From assembly GCF_000008465.1 (NCBI RefSeq), contig NC_006512.1, positions 1,800,001 through 1,832,000 on the forward strand: 32,000 nt of DNA. The letters are read 5' to 3'. Shown piece by piece: positions 20,235-30,099 of this stretch; position 1 is the first letter of the stretch, and every line of letters starts with the position of its first letter. The translations under genes were made by a program, and so were the position numbers. The notes under the pieces were generated by a model. That model saw only the letters and a program-made list of their open reading frames with translations. It made no database searches and was not told the DNA's origin. Origin of the DNA: Idiomarina loihiensis L2TR (GTDB taxonomy: Bacteria > Pseudomonadota > Gammaproteobacteria > Enterobacterales > Alteromonadaceae).

Positions 20235-20285
20235 ATATTACGAGTGAGGGGCAAATGAGTCAACACTTTTTTTAAAGATTTTAAC
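20235..20285 (-). promoter_or_regulatory. Strong sigma70 promoter for the tRNA-Asp pair, with an A/T-rich UP-like element and a GC-rich discriminator
   Basis: The minus strand reads gttaaaatctttaaaaaaagtg TTGACT -17 nt- TAATAT gcacgccgcg. The -35 is at 20258-20263 and the -10 at 20235-20240. This places the start about 36 nt upstream of tRNA copy 2, and the GC-rich discriminator is typical of stringently controlled stable-RNA promoters. Confidence 0.6.
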
Positions 20286-20332
20286 CGACTGTCTGATTTA
20301 TATTCAGATCTGTGCTTTTTTAACCACAAAGG

Positions 20333-21673
20333 TCACTTTTTACCACTTTTCTCTGGTTTTTCAGCTTCCGCTTCATCGCTCTCAACGGCAACTTTTTTCC
20401 GACGAAACTTAAACCACCACAGCCCAACTAAAGCTAACGCAATGAGAACAATATTAACAACAACAATAATGATCAGATTGGTCATCGCCTGTTTTTGCTT
20501 GGCCTCGCGTTCTAGTCTTGCCTGTTCACGTTGACGCTCAAGCTCTATTTGCTGTCGTTCAGCCAGCTCTGCGGCTGTCGGTTCAGGTGGAGGCGGTTCC
20601 TTTGCAATAAAACTAAAGTCATCAATTCTGGCTTCAAACTCACGCCCCCCGACACTAGTGGCAAAAATATCTAAGTCTATAAGGTGTTTACCAAAAGCCA
20701 GGTTGGCAATTTCGACACTGTGCGGAAAACCCTCTATCTGGCTGACCGTAAATTTACGAACCTCTCCGTTAGGGAAGCTGGTTTCACCATTAATCACCAG
20801 GCTCTGTGGATCTATCCAGTCTTCATTAACACGAACGACTAATTGATGATTATCGTCCACAGACTCTGACTGAATAACATTAAATTCAACTGGTAACGGC
20901 TTAACCTCAACAGGGCCTGATTCAAACACTCGTTGGTACAGAGGGGTGGTCATTTCATAAGTGGCCATCCACTCACCTGGTACAACATCCAGATTAAAGA
21001 AACCGGTAAATATACCATCACCCGCTCTTTCGTCATGCCCTCGCCCGTCGTCTTCAAATTGTGCCACACGTGACGGATTCGAGCCGAAGTTATCAAAGTC
21101 TGAGTTATTGGTACTGACAAATAGAACATCCAGCAAAACGGTCTGACGAAAACGTGAAGTTTTAACCACTTCGTCGCCATTATAGAGTTTTCCTTCTACT
21201 TTCAGCTCTTCGTTCTGGAATAATGGACTAGGTAAAGGCTCAGCTTCAAAGCGAATATCAGAAATAACTAAGGCTTTATTTTCTTCATCGATGCGACCAG
21301 CCGCCTGCCAGGGACCAGGCTGAGGTTCTTTTATCCGGATAATGTCAAAGTTAGGATCGGTATACCAAGTTACTTTTTCCGCTGGATAACGAGTATCGTA
21401 CCACTTGCTCCCATCAGGCTTGATGAGAATCAGGGGCTTGCTACCCGGCTCGCGGAAAAATAATAGAGTAATCTCTTCAACGTTCTCGTCTATGCGGAAA
21501 CTTTGCCCTTTAATTGGCAATTTATTAGTAAGATCGCCTTCAATAAGGCTCATCGCACGCTTTTCAACTTCCTCTTTCGAGTCAGAGTCAACCGTGCTAA
21601 AACTCTGTACCGCGTAGGCTGATGAGCTACTTATTAAAACCAATAATACTGCTAAGAGTCTTGCCACAGACAA
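20333..21673 (-). CDS. Conserved hypothetical exported, C-terminally membrane-anchored protein (resembles my recollection of the TIGR03503 family)
   Basis: 446 aa with signal peptide [21 protein letters not shown] and a ~350-aa beta-rich ectodomain. This is followed by a proline patch (PPPPEP), a charged coiled coil (ERQQIELERQREQARLEREAKQKQ), one TM helix (LIIIVVVNIVLIALALVGLWW) and a short basic/acidic tail. The start is uncertain: either TTG at 21673 or GTG at 21667. Both lie inside the dnaQ 3' end, with GAAGGTGG upstream. Confidence 0.7.
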   Translation of the reverse strand: MSVARLLAVLLVLISSSSAYAVQSFSTVDSDSKEEVEKRAMSLIEGDLTNKLPIKGQSFRIDENVEEITLLFFREPGSKPLILIKPDGSKWYDTRYPAEKVTWYTDPNFDIIRIKEPQPGPWQAAGRIDEENKALVISDIRFEAEPLPSPLFQNEELKVEGKLYNGDEVVKTSRFRQTVLLDVLFVSTNNSDFDNFGSNPSRVAQFEDDGRGHDERAGDGIFTGFFNLDVVPGEWMATYEMTTPLYQRVFESGPVEVKPLPVEFNVIQSESVDDNHQLVVRVNEDWIDPQSLVINGETSFPNGEVRKFTVSQIEGFPHSVEIANLAFGKHLIDLDIFATSVGGREFEARIDDFSFIAKEPPPPEPTAAELAERQQIELERQREQARLEREAKQKQAMTNLIIIVVVNIVLIALALVGLWWFKFRRKKVAVESDEAEAEKPEKSGKK

Positions 21674-22359
21674 TGTCCACCTTCTTCTTTGACTCGCGCC
21701 AAACGCTCCTGATGTAATGCTTCTTCATCGGCCGTTGCCCGTAAAACCTTTAATGCGGGACGATTGGTTATTCGTTGATGTTCCACTTTTTGTGAGCCAC
21801 CCTGATTGTCTTTTCCGTGGCTGGCCAGGTTTAATGCCGTTTGCCCACCAGTCATCATCAAATAGACGTCAGCAAGAATCTCGGCATCCAGTAAGGCACC
21901 GTGCAGTTCACGCGCAGAGTTATCAACGTCGTAGGCGCGGCATAGTGCATCCAAACTGTTTCTTTGCCCCGGGCGCATTTCACGGGCAAGCTGCAAGGTA
22001 TCGAGTACCGAGCAAAAATCATTGGTCAGGCCAACCGCCGGGCGAATACGACTAAATTCAGCATCCATAAAGCCCACGTCAAATGGCGCATTATGAATAA
22101 CTAACTGAGAGCCTTTAATAAATTCAATGAAATCTTGCACCACCTGAGCGAATACGGGCTTGTCGGTTAAAAAGTCATTGGTTATACCGTGAACTTCAAT
22201 TGCTTCCTGCTCGACCACCCGCTCCGGATTAATGTAAACATGAAAATGATTACCGGTTAATTTGCGATTAATAAGCTCCACACAGCCTATTTCAATAATT
22301 CTGTGTCCCTTTGCAGGGTCAATTCCGGTAGTTTCTGTATCTAATACGACCTGACGCAT
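21652..22359 (-). CDS. dnaQ: DNA polymerase III subunit epsilon (3'-5' proofreading exonuclease)
   Basis: 235 aa with Exo I VLDTETTG, Exo [15 protein letters not shown] and Exo [17 protein letters not shown]. It is divergent from rnhA across 51 bp, as in E. coli. Confidence 0.96.
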   Translation of the reverse strand: MRQVVLDTETTGIDPAKGHRIIEIGCVELINRKLTGNHFHVYINPERVVEQEAIEVHGITNDFLTDKPVFAQVVQDFIEFIKGSQLVIHNAPFDVGFMDAEFSRIRPAVGLTNDFCSVLDTLQLAREMRPGQRNSLDALCRAYDVDNSARELHGALLDAEILADVYLMMTGGQTALNLASHGKDNQGGSQKVEHQRITNRPALKVLRATADEEALHQERLARVKEEGGHCLWQDS

Positions 22360-22410
22360 GGTGAAATCCTGATATACTCGCTGGAAACAGAGGATATAGT
22401 AGCAAGTAAC

Positions 22411-22884
22411 ATGTCGAACTCAAAAACTGTTCATTTATATACTGATGGTTCTTGTCTGGGAAACCCGGGGCCGGGTGGCTATGGCGCTGTACTGGAATAT
22501 GGAAAACATCACAAAGAATTAAGTCAGGGCTATCGTCTGACCACCAATAACCGCATGGAGATGCTGGCTACTATCGCTGGCCTGCGAGAGTTAAAGCGCT
22601 CCTGTCATGTCATTCTGACTACCGACAGCCAGTATGTGAAACAAGGTGTCGAGCAGTGGATGCATCGCTGGAAGCAAAACGGCTGGCGTACTTCTGCTCG
22701 TAAAGCGGTTAAAAATAAAGACTTATGGCAACAACTGGACGAAGAAGTTAACCGTCATAAAGTTGAATGGAAATGGATTAAAGGCCATTCCGGGCATAAA
22801 CAAAATGAGCGTTGTGATGAACTGGCCCGCGACGCCGCAACGCGCGAGCCTATGCTTGAAGATGAAGGATTTGGGGGCGAGTAA
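22411..22884 (+). CDS. rnhA: Ribonuclease HI
   Basis: 157 aa with the blocks [22 protein letters not shown]-type (NNRMEMLA), TDSQYV and [19 protein letters not shown]. Confidence 0.97.
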   Translation: MSNSKTVHLYTDGSCLGNPGPGGYGAVLEYGKHHKELSQGYRLTTNNRMEMLATIAGLRELKRSCHVILTTDSQYVKQGVEQWMHRWKQNGWRTSARKAVKNKDLWQQLDEEVNRHKVEWKWIKGHSGHKQNERCDELARDAATREPMLEDEGFGGE

Positions 22885-22894
22885 ATTACTCGCC
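22876..22894. repeat. 19-nt perfect inverted repeat spanning the two convergent stop codons of rnhA and the rhodanese gene
   Basis: The sequence is GGCGAGTAA-A-TTACTCGCC, with 9-bp arms and one central base. Each arm encodes Gly-Glu-stop for one of the two genes. Confidence 0.9.
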
Positions 22895-23275
22895 GGCAAC
22901 TACCGGCAGTTTATTTTCCTGCCAGGCACTCATGCCGCCATCTACGCTATAGACATTATCCAGCCCCATGCGTTGCAAGCTCTCTGCCGCCAGAGCTGAG
23001 CGACCACCGGTTCGACAAATAAGGTACAAAGGCTTTTCGGCGATGCGTTCCAGAGCATTGTCATATCCAGCCACATCAGGGTGCTGATTTAGCTGCATTT
23101 CCAACACACCACGGGGCATGTTCACCGCTTGTCGAATGTGCCCCTGTCCATATTCAGCCGGTTCTCTTACATCAATAACGCGCGCGCCCTGCTCTATGGC
23201 CTTTTGTAGTTCTTCGGTGTTTACTTCTTTGACGTTCGATTTCGCTTTTCCACATAACTCTTGTGCTGTAATCAT
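22886..23275 (-). CDS. Single-domain rhodanese-like sulfurtransferase
   Basis: 129 aa with the rhodanese fold pattern IDVREPAEYGQGHI and the active-site loop CRTGGRS. Its ATG overlaps the upstream methyltransferase stop (ATGA). Confidence 0.85.
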   Translation of the reverse strand: MITAQELCGKAKSNVKEVNTEELQKAIEQGARVIDVREPAEYGQGHIRQAVNMPRGVLEMQLNQHPDVAGYDNALERIAEKPLYLICRTGGRSALAAESLQRMGLDNVYSVDGGMSAWQENKLPVVAGE

Positions 23276-24042
23276 AATTTACCTCTTATTTGTTTATTCG
23301 ACTTTGAAAACTGTTTCGTCGTCATTGCTGTTGCTGCCTGTCTTCCATTAACCGCAAGCTGCTTTCTTTGAGCTGACGGTTTTAATCTGTTAATCAGAGT
23401 TTGTTTGCGTGCCACTATGAAATAAGCTGCACGCAGCCCTGGGACCAGGTTGCTCAGCTTCGTTGACCAGTCACTTCCCCGGTGCTCGCTATGATGCAGG
23501 AAATTGGAAACATAAAATTCAGATTCCAGAACTTCGAACCCCAGCAGCTCCAGCCAGTCTTTAACTCGTACTGGCGTAAAGTACCTTCCACACCATGGGA
23601 AACTCTTTTTATGGCGAATGAAAAAGCCACTGGCCACCGCCGGACTGTAGGGATTAAACCCTGTAAGTATTAATACACCATCGTCGTCCAGGACTCGCGT
23701 TGCCTCTCTAAGTAGCTGGTGCGGATGCCGACAAAATTCAAGGACAAAAGGAGCAACTAGGTTATCGACACTGTCTTCCTTCAAAGCCAGCTCCGTTAAT
23801 TTGCTGCGAACCGCTACGTCACTACCTGTGCCGACAGTCAGCCACTGAGCTCCATTTTTAATACACTCGTTAAGCCCCGGACTCAAAGAGCCTATAGCCA
23901 CGGTTTTTCCTGGTTTCAACCGTCGCTGATGAGCGCGAATTAACTCAGCCGTCTGTTCCATCATGTAGTGCCCGCAGGCCATTTGCTGCCAGTCCCCGGG
24001 AGCCGCTAAATCAATTTTCGAATATGCTGGTTTAATTAACAC
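23272..24042 (-). CDS. YafS-like class I SAM-dependent methyltransferase-fold protein
   Basis: 256 aa with a GTG start and AGGAA 7 nt upstream. The blocks HPHQLLREATRVLDDDGVLILTGFNP and YFIVARKQT match my recollection of E. coli YafS. Its position between gloB and rnhA matches E. coli gloB-yafS-rnhA. The glycine-rich motif I appears degenerate. Confidence 0.75.
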   Translation of the reverse strand: MLIKPAYSKIDLAAPGDWQQMACGHYMMEQTAELIRAHQRRLKPGKTVAIGSLSPGLNECIKNGAQWLTVGTGSDVAVRSKLTELALKEDSVDNLVAPFVLEFCRHPHQLLREATRVLDDDGVLILTGFNPYSPAVASGFFIRHKKSFPWCGRYFTPVRVKDWLELLGFEVLESEFYVSNFLHHSEHRGSDWSTKLSNLVPGLRAAYFIVARKQTLINRLKPSAQRKQLAVNGRQAATAMTTKQFSKSNKQIRGKL

Positions 24043-24116
24043 GGCTAATTCCTGTATTATGAACTTATCTTCAACTTACTCGCTGGGTTTCTCATCCTAG
24101 CGTTATAGGGGTTAAC

Positions 24117-24878
24117 ATGCGAGTGCACGCTATTGAAGCTTTCGACGACAACTACATATGGGCAATTGAAACCAACGATAAAGACAAGGTTATTATTGTA
24201 GACCCCGGCGAAGCCCAACCCGTTCAACAATGGTTGGAACAAAATAGTAAAAGTATTGAGACTATTTTAGTCACTCATCACCATTACGACCACACTGGTG
24301 GCATAGCTGAATTAATAGAACAGAGCCCGTGTCCGGTCATCGGTCCGGAAAACCCAGAGATAAAAACGCTCACCAAGACAGTTACAGAAGGCGATGAGCT
24401 GACCGTTGGAGGTATTCAGTGGCAGGTATTAACCACTCCGGGACACACACTGGACCACATCAGTTTTTATACTCCCGGCTTTTTGTTTTGCGGTGACACA
24501 CTGTTTTCCGGTGGCTGTGGCCGTATGTTTGAAGGTACGCCAGAACAATTCACGCAGTCGTTATTAAAGCTGCGTAAGCTGCCGGGCGAAACTCGAGTCT
24601 TCTGTGCCCACGAATATACTCAGGCGAATGTAAATTTCGCATTGAAAGTTGAGCCAGAGAACGCTGTGCTGCAAAGTTACGCTGAAAAGGTCAGAATGTT
24701 ACGTGAACAAGAGCAAATAACTCTGCCAAGCACGCTGCAACTAGAGTTAGCCATTAATCCTTTTCTCCGGTTTGACCAAAAAAGTGTTATTGCAGCAGCA
24801 AATAAGCATGCAGAAAGTGTAAAAAATAGCCCCGAGGATGTTTTTTATACAATTAGACAGTGGAAAGATAATGCGTGA
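24117..24878 (+). CDS. gloB: Hydroxyacylglutathione hydrolase (glyoxalase II)
   Basis: 253 aa with the metallo-beta-lactamase motif THHHYDHTGG, plus DNYIWAI, TPGHTLDHISF and FCAHEYTQANVNFA. Confidence 0.96.
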   Translation: MRVHAIEAFDDNYIWAIETNDKDKVIIVDPGEAQPVQQWLEQNSKSIETILVTHHHYDHTGGIAELIEQSPCPVIGPENPEIKTLTKTVTEGDELTVGGIQWQVLTTPGHTLDHISFYTPGFLFCGDTLFSGGCGRMFEGTPEQFTQSLLKLRKLPGETRVFCAHEYTQANVNFALKVEPENAVLQSYAEKVRMLREQEQITLPSTLQLELAINPFLRFDQKSVIAAANKHAESVKNSPEDVFYTIRQWKDNA

Positions 24879-24926
24879 TTCTTTAAACTCCTCAAGATTT
24901 TAATAATTATCGGAAGTAGATTACGC

Positions 24927-26561
24927 ATGATAAACAGCAAGCAAAAGAACGTATGGTTAAAGTATTGTATGGTGGCCAGTGGTTTGGCATTAAGCGGCTG
25001 CCAGAGCACAATGCTGTTTAGTAATAATGAACCGGTAAATACAAAAAACGAAACTACAGAGCTTAAACTGACGGTCATTCCGGAAGAAGTGATCAGTCGG
25101 CACGCCGAAGAAGAAATCAAAATCAGCGAACCTGTAAAGCTTACCCCGCAAGAGCAGGAAGATTTATGGGTGCGTATTCGCCAGCAATTGAGCTTTCATG
25201 TGCCTGATGTACCCAGAGTGCAAAGCCAGCGCAACTGGTATGCCAGCCACCCGGAGTATTTAGACCGCGTTGCTAAACGCGCTGAACCTTACCTGCATCT
25301 CATTGTTGAAGAGCTGGAAAAACGTGATATGCCAGTAGATCTGGCTTTATTGCCGATAGTCGAAAGTGCTTTCGACCCGTTTGCTTATTCGCACGGCAGT
25401 GCCTCTGGTGTCTGGCAGTTTATTCCGGGTACCGCGCGTCAATATGGTTTGGATATCAACTGGTGGTACGATGGTCGTCGCGATGTTTTTGCCGCAACAC
25501 ACGCTGCACTCGATTATTTACAGGCACTTCATCGATACTTCGACGGTGACTGGATGCACGCACTGGCAGCCTATAATTCAGGTGAAGGCCGAGTTGCCGC
25601 TGCAATTCGCAAGAATGAGCGTCTGAACAAACCAACTGACTTCTGGAATCTGTCGCTACCTCGCGAAACTCGCGCATACGTGCCCAAGCTATTAGCTTTA
25701 GCAGAAATATTAGCCAACAGTGAAGAGTATGGTGTGGCATGGTACCCGATCGAAAATCAGCCAAAGCTTGAGGTTGTTGAGACACCAGCACAAATCGACT
25801 TAGCATTAGCTGCTGATATGGCTGATATGCCTCTGGATTTACTGCACCAGTATAACTCTGGTTATAACCGCTGGGCAACGGCGCCGAACGGCCCACATCG
25901 TTTACTTCTGCCTAATCAAAATGCGGATAAATTTAAACAGGCTTTGGATAAAACAGAGCCAAAAGACTGGCTGAGCTGGACCCGCCACGAGGTTAAATCG
26001 GGTGAGAGCCTGCTCGTTATTTCCAAAAAATACAATACGTCTGTTGACGTGATACAGCAGGTTAATGACATCAGCAGTGATATCATCCGCGCAGGCGATC
26101 ATTTGCTAGTGCCAGTTGCCACACTCGATATCGACAATTACACGTTATCGCAAGATCAGCGCCGTGAAGACCGTCAAGATCAGAAACGTTCAGGTAAACG
26201 TATTGAACACGTTGTTCAGTCTGGCGATACGCTCTGGGATCTCAGTCGCGCTTATCAGGTAAACCTTCGTGACTTGGCTCGCTGGAACTCAATGGCTCCG
26301 GGGGATTATTTAAGGCCAGGACAAGAACTCGTGGTTTGGACGGAAGCCGAGCCTTCTTCGACGATACAAAGCAGTATTAACAGTATCATGCGTAATATAA
26401 GATACCGTGTGCGTAGCGGTGACTCATTAGCCAGGATTGCTGATAAATTTAATGTCACCATTCGTCAAATTGAACAATGGAACAACATTCAACGCAATCG
26501 TTATCTACAACCCGGACAAATGCTTAAGTTAAAAGTAGATGTTACCGAGGTAAGTAGTTGA
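24927..26561 (+). CDS. mltD: Membrane-bound lytic murein transglycosylase D, lipoprotein with three LysM repeats
   Basis: 544 aa with a lipobox LALSGC. The SLT catalytic block is LLPIVESAFDPFAYSHGSASGVWQFIPGTARQYGL. The three C-terminal LysM units begin HEVKSGESLLVISKKY, HVVQSGDTLWDLSRAY and YRVRSGDSLARIADKF. Confidence 0.93.
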   Translation: MINSKQKNVWLKYCMVASGLALSGCQSTMLFSNNEPVNTKNETTELKLTVIPEEVISRHAEEEIKISEPVKLTPQEQEDLWVRIRQQLSFHVPDVPRVQSQRNWYASHPEYLDRVAKRAEPYLHLIVEELEKRDMPVDLALLPIVESAFDPFAYSHGSASGVWQFIPGTARQYGLDINWWYDGRRDVFAATHAALDYLQALHRYFDGDWMHALAAYNSGEGRVAAAIRKNERLNKPTDFWNLSLPRETRAYVPKLLALAEILANSEEYGVAWYPIENQPKLEVVETPAQIDLALAADMADMPLDLLHQYNSGYNRWATAPNGPHRLLLPNQNADKFKQALDKTEPKDWLSWTRHEVKSGESLLVISKKYNTSVDVIQQVNDISSDIIRAGDHLLVPVATLDIDNYTLSQDQRREDRQDQKRSGKRIEHVVQSGDTLWDLSRAYQVNLRDLARWNSMAPGDYLRPGQELVVWTEAEPSSTIQSSINSIMRNIRYRVRSGDSLARIADKFNVTIRQIEQWNNIQRNRYLQPGQMLKLKVDVTEVSS

Positions 26562-26569
26562 GGCAACCT

Positions 26570-29097
<2,528 letters not shown>

Positions 29098-30075
29098 TTA
29101 AGCTGAGTGTTTACGTTCAAATTCACGAATACGCTGGCGTGCTTCGTGAATAGACTGGCGGGTCAATAATTGGCGCTGGCCATCCAAAACCTGCCCCTGA
29201 GGAATTTCGGTAGCGAGCTTTTTAGCCGCATTCAACATCATATTAAAGGCCTGCTGACCGTCAAATTTCATAGGTAAGGCCATAAAAAACGCGACGCCTT
29301 CGGTTTCAAAGTTTTCCATGTTATCCAGGTCAAACGTGCCGGGGTTGAACATGTTGGCGACACTAAAAATCATGGGGCCGGTGCCTGCGGTGTTTTCATA
29401 GCGGTGGAAAATACCCAGTTCGCCAAATTTACAGCCCAGCTCGGTCATCATTTGCAACAACACTGCGCCCTGTACCGGCCCTTTAACATGTAACGCAATA
29501 ACTTCTTCCGGAGCTGATTCAAAATCATCAGTCGTATCTGCACTGACTTCTGTTTCAGTTTCAGGTTCAGGTTCTTGCTCAAGCTCCTGCTCCGACTCTT
29601 GCAAAGAGCTCTGTTCGGCGGCACTTTTATAAGAGTCATCAGGCTCTGAAGGAACATCCCCATCAAACTTAAGCTCAGTTTGCTCTACTTCAACCGTTTC
29701 ATCATTGCTGACACGCATAGACGGTAATGAGTCAGACATATCGTCATCATTGCTAAGGTCCATCGACATTTGCTCGACAGCCTCCGCATCATTGTCCTGT
29801 GTTCTCACATTACTGTGCGACGATGTTTTTGCTTTTGGTTCAACGGCTTGGTCATGGTTAAAGCCGTCATCTGAAGTCTCTTTCTTTAAAATCCGAACTT
29901 CGCCAATGCCGTCGTCATCAAAACCGGACGATTGCTGCTGACGATTTTCTGCAACCCGTTGTTCACGCTGCCGTTGTTGCTGGTTACCTTTACGTATCTT
30001 CCATACGCCATGCGCAACAATACCTGCGATTGCCAAGATCCCAAGAATACTGAGGGTTATTTGTAAACTGCCCAT
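29098..30075 (-). CDS. zipA: Cell division protein ZipA
   Basis: 325 aa with an N-terminal TM anchor (LQITLSILGILAIAGIVAHGVW) and a basic segment. A long acidic E/D/P/Q-rich linker follows, then a conserved C-terminal FtsZ-binding domain (VIALHVKG...FHRY...GVAFFM). It lies in the smc-zipA-ligA order. Confidence 0.9.
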   Translation of the reverse strand: MGSLQITLSILGILAIAGIVAHGVWKIRKGNQQQRQREQRVAENRQQQSSGFDDDGIGEVRILKKETSDDGFNHDQAVEPKAKTSSHSNVRTQDNDAEAVEQMSMDLSNDDDMSDSLPSMRVSNDETVEVEQTELKFDGDVPSEPDDSYKSAAEQSSLQESEQELEQEPEPETETEVSADTTDDFESAPEEVIALHVKGPVQGAVLLQMMTELGCKFGELGIFHRYENTAGTGPMIFSVANMFNPGTFDLDNMENFETEGVAFFMALPMKFDGQQAFNMMLNAAKKLATEIPQGQVLDGQRQLLTRQSIHEARQRIREFERKHSA

Positions 30076-30099
30076 TTTTGCTCCATCAAGCTTATTTTG

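Noticed and set aside
22646-22999. 117-aa plus-strand ORF running out of frame through rnhA and across into the rhodanese gene
   Set aside because: It overlaps two well-supported genes in alternative or antisense frames. It crosses the palindromic stop junction and has no independent support.
25456-25896. 146-aa minus-strand ORF inside mltD
   Set aside because: It is antisense to the conserved SLT catalytic region of mltD. It has no recognisable motifs or translation signals, so it is a shadow ORF.
26558-26569. TTG start (26558) given by the ORF track for the secreted hypothetical protein
   Set aside because: The ATG at 26570 has a GAGG Shine-Dalgarno at proper spacing and gives a canonical signal peptide (MNSVKYFFFF...). 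The TTG would add only MRQP, so I used the ATG. This cannot be settled from sequence alone.
29500-29800. Apparent short tandem repeats in zipA (GTTTCAGTTTCAGGTTCAGGTTC..., encoding EQELEQEPEPETETE)
   Set aside because: This is the low-complexity acidic/proline linker typical of ZipA. The repeats are short and imperfect and fully explained by the linker composition.
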